Assembly (NCBI GenBank): GCA_965649765.1
Contig: OZ287751.1
Coordinates: forward strand, 79,546,001 to 79,610,000
Direction of reading: 5' to 3'
Origin: Bispira polyomma
Lineage: Eukaryota
Length of the DNA: 64,000 nucleotides
The translations under genes and the position numbers were made by a program. Below the pieces are notes generated by a model. The model was not told where the DNA came from, ran no database searches, and saw nothing but the letters and a program-made list of their open reading frames with translations. Positions 27,986 through 40,119 of this stretch are shown here, in pieces; position 1 is the first letter of the stretch, and each line of letters opens with the position of its first letter.

Positions 27986-28404
27986 TAGTTAAACCCCTTC
28001 AAGTAGAACTCTAATAAGTGGAATTACCTGTAGAAGTAGAAGCTATTTTAAGGTCCCATTGCTATCTTTCTAATTAAAATTTGGGGCTGCGGTGGCCTAG
28101 AGGTTAGCAAGCATTGTACTTCACAATCACTGGTCTCTCACCTCTGGGCGGCATGAGTTCGAATCCCGTCAAAGCCTATGTGGGAAAGGTGGTAGTTCCT
28201 TACTGTGGACCGCTGGTTTCAGTGCAGAACCTTGATCAACTGTATGCAATGTTTCCTCCAGCGTTTCCAACTACCCGTCCCAATATGGACATTAAATATC
28301 CCAATTCAAAAAAAAAATTAAAATTTACCCTGTGGAGTAGAATTTCTGTTATGTAAAACATATTTTTATGGTCCCTCCAGATTCGATTTAATAGGGTTAC
28401 ACTG
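27986..28404. mobile_element. Tc1/mariner-like MITE family B, split by a SINE
   Basis: Both halves match the intact copy at 30265-30448 (AAGTAGAAC, TTTTAAGGTCCCATTGCTAT, AAAATTTACCCTG). Confidence 0.8.
28083..28315 (+). mobile_element. tRNA-derived SINE, full length, inserted in a MITE
   Basis: A box TGGCCTAGAGG, B box GTTCGAATCC and a poly-A tail. TSD AATTAAAATTT at 28072-28082 and 28316-28326. Confidence 0.88.
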
Positions 28405-30264
28405 TATGCTATTTCCAACAAAGAGAATGAAATTATAAATAACATAAGGTACAGGAGGGTTTCTAATCCTCTGTCTCTATAACATTTTGCGGGTGACATC
28501 TTTCCATGTTATATTTTCAGCATATATCCCCCCTCCACCCCCCCCTCTTGTAATTAAACTCACTTGTGTTGATGAAACTATTAAGCAGTCTCTTCTAGAT
28601 CTCTCCATGTATCCAAATAACTCAATTATCTCATCAACTACTTTGTGGCCAAGCTTTGTCTGGCTAAGGACTGGTTGCATGACCTCATTAACTCTGCCAT
28701 GTCTGAAGACATGAGAAGAAATACAACAACCAAAGATAGCAACTAACACTCATTTTGAGACAAACCAACAAAGATAGGGTGATCTTAATGTTTAATTGGA
28801 AGGAGAAACCTTGTGTATGTTGTTCAATAACATGTACAATATGCCACCAAAATCCGTTAAATTAAGTAGAAACTTGAAAGAAATAACCTCTACTTGAACA
28901 AGATTTCTACTTAACAGGGTAGATTGTGAAAGAAATGCCTCTACTTGAGCAGCATATGGACTTCACTCTGTATCAAATACTATAAATATGCTAAATTTAA
29001 TATCTCAAATTCCTTCTAAAAGCCTTTAAGCAATATAAATGAAACACTAGAGCCTTGTCAAGGCTACTTGTTGGCATATATTGAACTGACTATAATGATT
29101 TCCCCCTAAATTGTGTTTAATTTGTATCAAACAAGAGGAGTGCCATGAAAAGAACTAGTTTTAGTTTTAAGTGTAGTACATGTGTCATTTGTTTGAAATG
29201 AAAGCCCAGTATTGGTGCTGCTTATATTGGTGATCTTTTTACATAAAACAGCCTAAACAAATAAACAGAGTCATTTTAACTTAAAGCAAAATAAGTTTTG
29301 GACTCAAACTGTCCTTAAAAACCAACAATAAATACATTTAGTTAATTCAAGAAACTTGACTGATAAAATTATTGCTCTCGTTAAACTTTTTTGTCCACCA
29401 TCTTTTGTAAATATATCAATAAATAACATAAGACAGTTATACCTATATATGTTAACACAAAAAACAACACCATGTGTACCTATATATATATAACATTGAC
29501 AAACAAAACTTCTTCAGTAATAAAGTAAGTTCAGCAAAAAAAAGATGGCAGCAGCGCAGTATAAAATGGTAATTCCCTTTGTTTTAGGCCTTTTCCCCCT
29601 TTCTGAAGCATGGTTCTCATTATTGTGATTGGCACTGTGAAACGTAATTAATGAAATGCACAAGCAATAAGGGTACTAAACACTGACTTGTATGATTGGA
29701 TACATACATCCTTCTAGCACAAGGACACATTGTCCCGGAACTTGTGTTTTCTGTGTGTTTTTTTTAGGTTTTGATAGTATTGTGCAAAAGGGTCATACTG
29801 CACAAAAAGCAATGCCACACCATACTGATAATTGACTAGTGGTGTAAAAAAAAAAATGAGGCAGCAATGAAAATTTAAGAACGACCCCATCAATTAACTA
29901 ATCAGAACCACATGTACAGCAGTCCTTTTCCCAGGAAATATCTAACTACTATACTGGTGTAGTTACCGTAGTTGTTGTGGCCACACTGACTGACTGACTG
30001 ACTGTGTAATGTATAGTCTCTTTTACAAAGAACAAAAAACACACACAGAAGGGAAAACTGAAACCAACACCATAAACAAAACCACACTATATTACTAACT
30101 CTCCATCTTTTAAAAAACCAGAGACTGCTCTTTTTAATTAGTGGTCTTTGATGTAAATTGTTAACTGTTAGATTGTAAACTGTTACACAGTGGTAGATCT
30201 GGGAAATACTCTTGATTTAGACAAGCACAGTTTAAAACTGTGATATAATGTGGTTTAAAAGCTA

Positions 30265-30638
30265 CAGTCGAACCCCTTTAAGTAGACCTCTGATTGACAA
30301 GTGGAATTATACATGTTAAGTAAGAAGTTATTTTAAGGTCCCATTGCTATATTTCTAATTTAAAATTTACCCTGTTAAGTAGAAGTTATGTACAGTAGAA
30401 CCATTCTTTATGGTCCCTTCAGATTCAACCTAGCACCTGGTTTGACTGTATGTAGAATATACAGTTAAAACTCATACCTCAAGAGGCCAGGATAAATACC
30501 TCTACTTAAGCAGTATTTTACTCAACAGGGTAGTTTTTAAAGAGAAATTGCAGCCTATGTATGTGGGCTACAAATAATTTTTCTTTGTACAAAAGGGAAA
30601 TTGAATTTAACAGAGTTCTACTTACAGGTCTTCAACTG
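30265..30638. mobile_element. Two adjacent, oppositely oriented family B MITEs (30265-30448, 30462-30638)
   Basis: TA-CAGTCGAACCCC...GGTTTGACTG-TA termini. Further copies at about 38277-38450, 38787-38972, 39647-39848 and 40781-40953. Confidence 0.75.
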
Positions 30639-31167
30639 TATTCGTTTATCAACTTGAGTTATTAGAAAACCATATTGAGACAAAGAAGGTAAAGGTTTGT
30701 GAGTATGTAAAACTTTTACTAATTGTTGCTGGTTTGGGACACAGTTATTTATATATACAAAAATTTACATATGCATTCTAGCTGATAAACTGGGGGAAAA
30801 AACATTTATTCCTAGTTATCTTGGATTTTTATCAATTATCTCAAGCAACTAATAATATACTATCATTACCTCCCACTTGCAAACTTCTGCGATATCACAC
30901 CTACCCATTTAGTCTGGCTAAGGCTCACTTAACTTGTCATATGATCAAACAATTTCTCCACAAAAATACCCGTCAAACATATATGTATCGCTCAATGTAT
31001 ACTCAACAGGAGAGAACAAATAGTGGCTGTTAAATATCTTAGTAGACAGGTTTACACAGTCAAACTTATTTAAGTAGAACACTGTTAATTTTATTTTCCC
31101 TTTATGTGAAATCCTGTAATCTGTTTAAGTAGATGTATGTCTTCTGCTCTTATTTATCTGTATATCC

Positions 31168-31759
31168 AGAGTAAGTAATCTAAATAACAGAAATGTGGGT
31201 TATATTTGCTGAAATTGAGATTTTTGCGACTATTTTGCCTTACTTACCTAAATTTCGGTATACGTCTATTTGTCCCCCATCCATTTGCCCCCCGTACCAT
31301 TTGCCCCCCTTTTTTCAGGGGGGTGTGTTAAATGCCCCCTTTTTCCCAGAAGGGGGCAACAAGAAAAAAATTATATATCAAACTTTTATTCAAGTAAAAC
31401 CATAGTAAAACTAAAAACATTATATATGACAAATGATATAGCACATATATAGCACTTTAAAATGTTTTTACTAGCACACATATATAGCACATATATAGCA
31501 CTTTAAAATGTTTTTACTTGAATAAAATTTTGATACATAATGTTTTTTTCTCTTTGCCCCCTTTTGCTAAAAAAGGGGGCATTTGACACGCCCCCCTGAA
31601 AAAAGGGGGGCAAATGGTACAGGGGGGCAAATGGATGGGGGGCAAATGATATACAATCTAAATTTCACTTATTGTTTTTGCCCAGTTTTTATTGCTTTGG
31701 CTAAAGTTTCAGGGTTGACAAATTTTAGATATAGTGGGGAATTTATGATTCCTTACTCT
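31168..31759. mobile_element. AGAGTAAGGAATC-family MITE split by the 31257-31657 insertion
   Basis: Termini AGAGTAAGTAATC and GATTCCTTACTCT. The two halves join into a match to the copies at 45734 and 58994. Confidence 0.8.
31257..31657. mobile_element. Fold-back Mutator-like MITE nested inside another MITE
   Basis: TIRs of ~140 bp with CATTTGCCCCCC repeats. (C)TAAATTTC is duplicated at 31248-31256 and 31658-31666. Confidence 0.9.
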
Positions 31760-31762
31760 TAA

Positions 31763-32659
31763 GTCCATTACACACTGAAACCGGCGCGACGCGACACGGC
31801 CCTTGCCGACGCAACACTGCAGCAAATATACTTTGCTTGCACACCAAAACCGACAATACACAGCATTGAATAGTAAATTTCTTATTTGTGACCATTGATT
31901 TTGACTTAGAGGCGTCAAGGGTTTATAAACGCAAGTGTTGTCATATGGAACTAAGGTATTTCACTTGCATCTTTTTTGTCTTGGGGATTATAAGTGCTAA
32001 CTCAGGTTATACCTTTAATTATCCTTCCATGTTTAAGATTATTGTTTTGATCAACATACATATACTTCTAAGACGCTAGACAATTATCACTTATCCTTTC
32101 ATGTTAAAGTACATGTTTAAGATCAGGTAAGTTATGCAATTTACAATTGTAAAATATTCAAACCCTCCCTTTAGAAATCGCAATTAAAAATTGAGGAGTG
32201 CTAGTTGGAAGTTGGGTAGGTAAAGCAATGGTCCCCAATTGAAATTCCTTATGTCAGAGCAATTGAGGGATGCCAGTTATAATAATAAAAGTGAGATAGG
32301 CAATTAAAATTCAAACCCACCCTCTAGAAATCGCACATTATTAATTGTAATTCATATAGGCAGCTGATTAATTTCAATTATACGGAGACTTACAAATGTG
32401 GATGTATATTAATAAAGCAATTGTCACTAATTGACATTCCCTAATCAAGCAATGACTAGCCAGTATAAAAGCTTAACAAAGTCATTTTTTCAGCATTTCC
32501 ATGGACGACTCAGACGCGACAACACAAAAATATAGAGAAATTTCTATTCTAAAAAACGGGCCGCGTCGTGACGGGTCGTGTCGTCTTCAGTCTGCAATGG
32601 CTGGTTACTTTATTAGGTTTCTATTTTTTTGCCGTGTCGCGTCGCGCCGGTTTCAGGGC
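31763..32659. mobile_element. TTAA-flanked MITE (Kolobok/Harbinger-like; superfamily uncertain)
   Basis: 26-bp perfect inverted repeat CTGAAACCGGCGCGACGCGACACGGC near both ends, TTAA on both flanks, CpG-rich subtermini. There is an internal ~170-bp duplication at about 32150-32475. Confidence 0.8.
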
Positions 32660-35600
32660 TTAACACTAACATGCTAAGGGAAATCACTGAACTGATATTT
32701 ATAAGTTGATAATTAATTTTTAAGTAGAGTCTTTCACAAGGCTATATATATATATATCCATAGCCCACTGATTTCTACCATTCTGAATATCTTATCCACA
32801 TATGTACAGCAGTGTAGCCTTGGTATACAAAATAGAGTCTAGGAATTCGGTTCTATAAACTATATTTCAAAAAAATCCATTTATCTAGCACTCTTAATTT
32901 GTTTGTTTTTTTAGAAAACAAAATCAATGAATTATTCATATTTATGTAAAACGTATATAATATACTTTTAATTCATCAATTTAAAAAGTTCTTTTCCCAT
33001 CCGCTTGATGTAGGCAGATTGTTTATAATGTATAAATGTACGATTGTACTTAATCTCACTAATGCCCTGGCTATTAGCTGACGGTTCCGGTAATGCTATC
33101 TGAGGAATGCGTTTCAACTGCTGTATCACATTTATAAGTTAATTACAGTTCTGATATATCACATTAAAACTTTGCCTAGCAGAAAGAACCTTCTGACTGG
33201 CAGCACCGGTGATTCTGAGATGAGATATATATATAGAGAGAGTAAGGAATCTAAAATTCACCACCTAGAAAATGTTGTGTTTTTGATAGAATTGTGGGTA
33301 ATATTGCTGAAATTGAGGTTTTTTGTGACTATATTTTTAGTTTCTATAATACACAAGCATAGGACAGTTTCAGAATATATAATCTTGCCAATATTTTCAC
33401 ACATTATCTGTCATGTAAAACTTAACAAAAGACCATGTATTTTGTATTTTACTTAATTTACTTTTAATGATTTGCTTAAAAATTGAATTTTCATATAATT
33501 TAGAACTTAGAAAACACTACCATATAATTGCAGTGATCAATTTTAAATTACATGTCTTCAAATCAGAGTGGTTCTAAAAACAGTACAAGAGAACTACTAC
33601 AAACACTGTATATATATTCAAATTTTGTCATATTTAAGTTTTTGCAAGCTTCTAAAATAGTTAATTAAAAAAATAAATCTTGATTTCAATGTTTTACTTT
33701 TTAAAAACGCTAACCACTGCTAGTGAAGGTAAAATGTCCTAACATCTTTAAGATCGGTTGACAAATTTTACAATTTTTTGCACTCTTCTAAATTAATATA
33801 CTAGTTTATAATTTTGAAACTAAATATTGTCATGTTGTGCCATACTTTATGCATCCTCTATCTAATCTGTGAAGGGACTCTTTACTTTAACCACAGTGTT
33901 TGGATAAAAGAGGTGGTTTTATTGTTAGTTACTGTTGTGATCATTACTAATATACCAATATCTACCTATATATATATATATGCATATTCCTTTATTGTTT
34001 GATGTAAAAAAACACAATCTAAAGATAAGCTGACATACCATGATATATGAAAACTGGCTTCAAGATCTGAGCAGTTTTCACAACAACAAAAATCCATCCC
34101 AACCTACAGTCCTCCAGGTTATCAGAAGACAAACAGCCCATTCAAGTTTGCTTACATTAATTAGTTAAACAATCAAGATAGCTATGTTTTTCTAGTTTAG
34201 TTTTTCACACAAAATGGGGGTTTTCTTCTGAAAAAGCAGTTGATGATAAGGCACATCTGAAAGAAGCAGGATTCATGGTGATTAAAATAATTTTCTGAGT
34301 TGGCAGGAAATTTCTGCTATTTTTAAATGAAGAATCAATATTGTTTTAGGCACACATATATAAATAACTCAGTGTGGATCTACTTAATGAAAACACACAC
34401 AAAAAGAGAAAGTAAAGAGAACTGCTTCTAGTTTTAGGGTCAACATGCACTAAATAATTTCTTAGAAAAATACATGCAGTGTCATCCCATACCACATGTT
34501 TTATAGACAAAACAATCGAAAAGCACACCAACAAATTTTATATTTTTCAACTAATTCTTATGTACTTGTCACTTTGTGACCATTCTCCCCAAATTCTATT
34601 GTATATAAATCACAGTAGTCATCTCAAAGTTTCAAATCGACCAATCTTGAGTCTTAACTGATAAAAGAGTAAATCTTATTGTATGACATTTGTGTATCGA
34701 CATTTCGTCCATTTGAATAAGTTTCAAATTTTTTACAATTTATTTTTTCTCTGAAAATATCTTCAACATCCACTTTTGTGTTGACTAAAATTAAATGGGG
34801 AGGGGAGGTGGGATGGCCAACATCTCAATCAAAACTCCTTTGTCCTATTAGATGATAACTCATATGTATTAATTCCTATCCCTGCTTTTATACTTTTTTG
34901 ATCGGACACAAAGAGATTGGGCCCTTTTCTACATTGAGATGGCACTAATGTTATAAACCAGGAGGGCCGTCCTATTCACAAAAACCTCTTAAGTTAGTCT
35001 TAATTTATTCTTTACATTTAGGCCGTAAATGTTAAGATTTTAGTCTTAGTCTAAGTTTGACATTAATTAAAGAACATTTTGGTTTGTGTTACTTTTTGCA
35101 CTTTAACACCACAACTGACTGTACTTAGTATCCTGTACTTTTAACTATTTGTTAGACATAAAGGTTTAAGTTTAAGAGACTAAGTTAAGACATGGACCCT
35201 TTGTTGTGACTATGAAAGGGCCACAGTCACACAGAGTAAATATGGAAGACACACACACATATTACAAAAGCCTTCCAGTCAAACCCCCCCCCCCTCTCCC
35301 CCCTCTCAATTCCCCCCCCCCCCACTCCCCCACATCCATCCAATATGGAGTCTACAAAGCACAAAGAGTCTCTTTCTTGTTGGTTCCTTTTTGTAGTTCT
35401 TTGTTTCTGGCCACTGGTAATTACCAATGATCACAATGCCATATTTCTCTCCACAGCAAAAACAAATAATCTCCTCAGTAACTCGATCCTTAGGTTTACG
35501 GTTCTATAACGTTTATCTCTAGGACTTTCCTCCTTGGAACTTTCTAACTATATATATAACTGTTAATTAATCCATGTTTTGAGTTATTTGAAATTTGTAG

Positions 35601-36470
35601 CTAATAATTGGTACAATATTTTGTGTTACCTGAGCAATAAACAAAATTTTGTTGAACTTTTAAAAACACCAGAGATACAAATGGAAATGTGACACACTGC
35701 ACTAAAGTGATACTTACAGGGGTTTAAGCTTGGTGTACATTGTGTGTTAAGGCGGATATCACAAGGTCGTCAAAAACTCCACAAGCTTTTATTAGATGAC
35801 AATGTCATCTTTACATGTACTCAATAAAAAGAAAGGACGATTATGTTACCAGTTATGCTGTGTATACAATTTAATTCTACCAAATTATTAAAGATTATTG
35901 AATATCTACAGTCTGTATTTAATTATATATCTATAGGACAAAGAACAAAATTCAAGTCTGTGGAAGATTAGTATAATTAAAAAGCTCCACCATAAATATA
36001 GGGAAACCGGCTATTTTCTCCAAAGATATTTACGTGCAATATCTATCACTTTTCTTTCACCTAGAGATAGTTAATTGTTCTATTCTCAGTAGATATCTAA
36101 CGCAGAAACATGACTATCTTAGACCACAAAGCCCTCAGAAGCTAATCCTAATTCACCTTTTTAGAGCACCAGATCAGAAGAAAGACCTTGCTCTCAATTA
36201 GTGGCCTTGACTGAGGCTCTTGTTCGCTCTGTAATAATAATCCAGAATATTAATATCATATAAGTATCTTTAATGGGTTGCTCGGGTGTTGTAAGCGACC
36301 TGTCTTTGGTATTGATGTAACACTTGAAACATTTTTCTGTGACTTTATTGACATAAGGGCTAAGCCTTTGTCTTAGATCTTGTATACGTTTGTGCTAGAT
36401 TGAGGACAAGGTCTAGACTTGGCCCCATTTGTGAATACTGCCCCAAGCTTCTTCTCATCCAGTATAGTCT

Positions 36471-36577
36471 AGGGTGCATATTCACTAACAGACTTTGCCA
36501 AGTCTTAAATCTACTATACGTTTGTACTAGATTTACGCCTAAATCTTGGGCAATTCTCTTCGTGAATACGGGCGCAG
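36471..36577. mobile_element. Short Harbinger-like MITE (GGG...TATTCAC / GTGAATAC...C)
   Basis: GGGTGCATATTCAC and GTGAATACGGGCGC termini. An adjacent partial copy lies at about 36355-36445, with relatives at about 5845-5980 and 34963-35200. Confidence 0.55.
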
Positions 36578-38559
36578 AGTTCCTAGCTCAAATATGTCAA
36601 AACTAAATAAGACCTTTTGTGGATACAAGCTACAGAGATTTTCCGGGTAGCCACCAAAATCTGAGCTTCACACCAGGCTAGCTTCTCATGATCCAGAGTT
36701 CCAGCCAGTAGGGGGGAAAAGAGAGGAATCACATACATAGCAGTAGCAGGAGCCCCCCACACACACACATGAGTAGTCAGCTGTGTACAGTTATATTTTC
36801 TTTTAACACACTTGACTGGTTGTTATGAACAACCAAGTGTAAAACAAACTCTGCAATCAATTAAGCAACTGGTACCTCAGGTCTCTCCATCTCAATTACT
36901 GAGACTTCAATTAGTCCAAACTTTTCATCAAGGTCATGCAATTAAGCACTGTGCCTTTCCATAACACACCCAACCCAAACCTCAGGAGGTCAGAATGCCA
37001 ATGTTTCAACCCCCCCTCTTCCTTCTCGCTTGCTCTGTCTCACTCCATTCTCTCTCTCTCCACTCCTTCTAATTCTACTTCATCATGGCCAAAAAAAGAG
37101 AAAAAATTGAATCATAAGGTCTTATTTATATGAAATAAAGAAAGGTTTTATACCCCTCGATTCTATCACTTAAACTGTAGTTAACAGGATTTCTAAATCA
37201 AATTGAAATACAGGTTTATACATTTTTTCCGCATGTAAAATAGAAAAATATCCTGGTCAGTCGGCCATCTTGGTTTTTCTAAAAGAAATTTAGTTTTTTT
37301 ATGCCACACTGTTGGGAGTTTAATAACTCAAGCTGAGATTAAGATCAAGGGAAAAATTAATGAAATAAGCTGGAATATATTAATCCAGATGAGATGAAAT
37401 ACAAGAATTTGCTCTAGCTCTCATTAAACACAAAACCCATGGTTTCCTATAGACAGCCATTAGCTCTTTTCCTTTACTCCCCCAGCTCTGTTATTTTAAT
37501 ATTTGCTCTTTCACATATATTAGACCGAAGCAAGATGAAAAGATGGAAATTATAGCCATCAGTAGGAGGAAAAAATTACACAGCAGAGGGAGGGAGGGGG
37601 AGGGCGGGCGGAGGTGGGGGTGGGGGGGGGGGGTGGAAAAAACCTTGTATTCTGATCTGTCTTCTGATATTAATAGATTAATGAGGATATTCCCTGTGTT
37701 GATTATATTTACTCATCAGCTTCACATGAGTTCTAAGGCTCTTCTGTCTGGATTAATAATTTCTACGGCTTTTACTCAGGATTCCAGTTTTCATTTCGAA
37801 AAATGCAGAAAGATGTTTCATGGTCTTTACTTCTTTCACTCCCTTTTATATCCTTAAAAATAAAGTCAACTCACTCAAAATCGAATTTTAATCGTATACA
37901 TGTTGTGTATATATTTCCTTCACTTTACCAGAACAAATGTATCTAGTTTGGTTGTTCATATTATATATAATTAATATATGCAAATCTTGAACTGAGTTGG
38001 ATGTAAGCCCCACTTTTGAAGTCTTTGAAGGCTGCTACTGTGTTTGCTCCTGGCGAATAGCTTTGTAATTTAATGCTATATTAGAACGAAATCCAAAAGA
38101 GAAGGGTTATGAAACGAAAACAGGTGCTATATATACCCAGTTTTGACATATTTATAGAAGATACCATTACCTGACCCTTTAAAATATCACTATTAAATTT
38201 TCCTGTTGAGAAATAACCACTTTTAAGCTGCTCGATTTGATCTTCAAAGCATTCACACTAGGCAGTAAATCCACTTACAGACGAACCCTTTAAGTAGAAC
38301 TCTGTTGAGCAATTTTCCCTTTTATGTGCAAACAAATTTGAAGTCTGATGAAAGCCTTTTCCTTTCAAATCTACCCTGTTAAGTGGAAATACTGCTTAAG
38401 TAGAGGTATTATTCCTGGTCCATTGAGGTTTCACTTAAAGGGGTTCAACTAAATATTATTCTTTGTAGGCTATGTATATGTTTACATTATTCGATTAGAC
38501 CCTAAAAATTCATCTCTAGAGACAAGAGGCTTGAGGATGACCATTTATCAAAATCTCAA

Positions 38560-38700
38560 AGCTTCTTTCAGCCCGTCGTCGGGGAATGGGACCCAAAGAT
38601 AGAGGATTGCGATTTAATGTGGTCTACAGACTGGGATTGCACCCAGGTGACCTCTTGTGTTCCTAAGCGAGTGTGTTACCCACAAGGCCACAGTGGCAGA
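38560..38700 (-). mobile_element. Possible degenerate tRNA-SINE head
   Basis: GGGATTGCACCC...GACCTC...GCGAGTGTGTTACCCACAAGGCCAC resembles reverse-complemented B and A boxes. Confidence 0.4.
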
Positions 38701-39909
38701 GAACTAATCCGGTTTTTAGATTCGTTTGCTACGATTGCATTCACAATGAAACACATTGGAGAACTGGATTAATGGGTCAATATACACAGTCAAACCCTTT
38801 AAATAGAACTCTGTTAAGTGGTTTTTTTCTCTTTTTATGTAGAGTAAATATTTTAAGTCCTCTGACAAAAACCTTCTCTTTTAAAATCTACCCTGTTAAG
38901 TGGAAACTGTGTTTAAGTAGAGCTAGCCCTCCTAGTCTTTTAAAGCTCGAATCGAAAGGGGTTTATTAACTGTATTCGAATTGGGCTAGATGTGAATCAG
39001 CCATTATAAATAAAGAAGATAAAAAAAAAAAAAACTCCCAAGATTTGTGGCCACACCTTAGAATAGATGAGATGATTCCATTGCAATATGATGGAAGAAC
39101 AGATCAGACAGAGCAGAGGAGTATAAAACATGGTAGCAAATGTCTTGATTAGTTATACCTGAGTGATATATTGGTGTTAATATGCTTCATTGGGTCCAGT
39201 TTAGGGTATGGACTTGGAGTGTAAGGGAAAGCTACAGGAAAACTGAGGAAGGAGAATGAACGTCTAAAGCAGTTATAGTATAGCTATAACAGAAGAATTT
39301 AGATTCATTTATCGTACAACGATGCTGTTTTGTTCAAGTATTTGTGTGCATTTTGTACAAAACATCCATCTTTTTCATATTTTACACCAGATTAATTTGA
39401 TATTGAAATTTACAGTAAATAGACATTTCTTAGATGATCTTCCATGACTATCTCCCGCCATGTACATTACTGCATGTGTTTTTATAATCACCCCCACTAG
39501 CCTTTATCAGGCTTAAACTGGTTCTAATTTACTACTAAACAAAGGATTTATATCAGCATCTAGTATTCACTCATGTACTTGAGGATTTGAATCACTTTTC
39601 CATCTTGTTACGTTACAAGAACAAGATATTTCCCTCTTTCTCTTTTAGTCGAACCTCAAGGGATCAGGATAAATACCTCTACTTAAACAGGATTTCCACA
39701 AAATAGGATAAATTTTTTTAAAAAGATTTTTAGTGGGACAGAAATGTTTTATCCACAACAAAACTACATGGTATCTGATTTATACATCTGCTTAAATATC
39801 ATAAAAGACAAATTGACTTAACAGAGTTCTGCCTAAAGAGGTTTGACTGTCAGATACTTTAGATGTAAAGGAATAACACTACTAATTAGGCAGCAGAAGT
39901 TACAGACTC

Positions 39910-40119
39910 AGCCCAGGCTTCTGTGTATCAGCTGACATCAACGGACAATTTTTATCTTAATACTTACAGTTGTTTGGCACTTCCATCATCTCATCATGCC
40001 GACATCTGATCTCATCTGACATAAGGAAGTGCCTACACTGTAAGCATTGGGATAACATTAACCCTAACAATGTCAGCTGACATCGGCGGATATATATCTG
40101 ACACATGGAAGCATAGGCT
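39910..40119. mobile_element. Palindromic MITE
   Basis: AGCCCAGGCTTCTGTGTATCAG pairs with CTGACACATGGAAGCATAGGCT; inner arms ACTTACAGT..GGCACTTCC and GGAAGTGCC..ACTGTAAGCA. Confidence 0.65.

Noticed and set aside
28083-28170. tRNA gene
   Set aside because: The box spacing and arms do not form a cloverleaf, and the body, poly-A tail and TSD identify a SINE.
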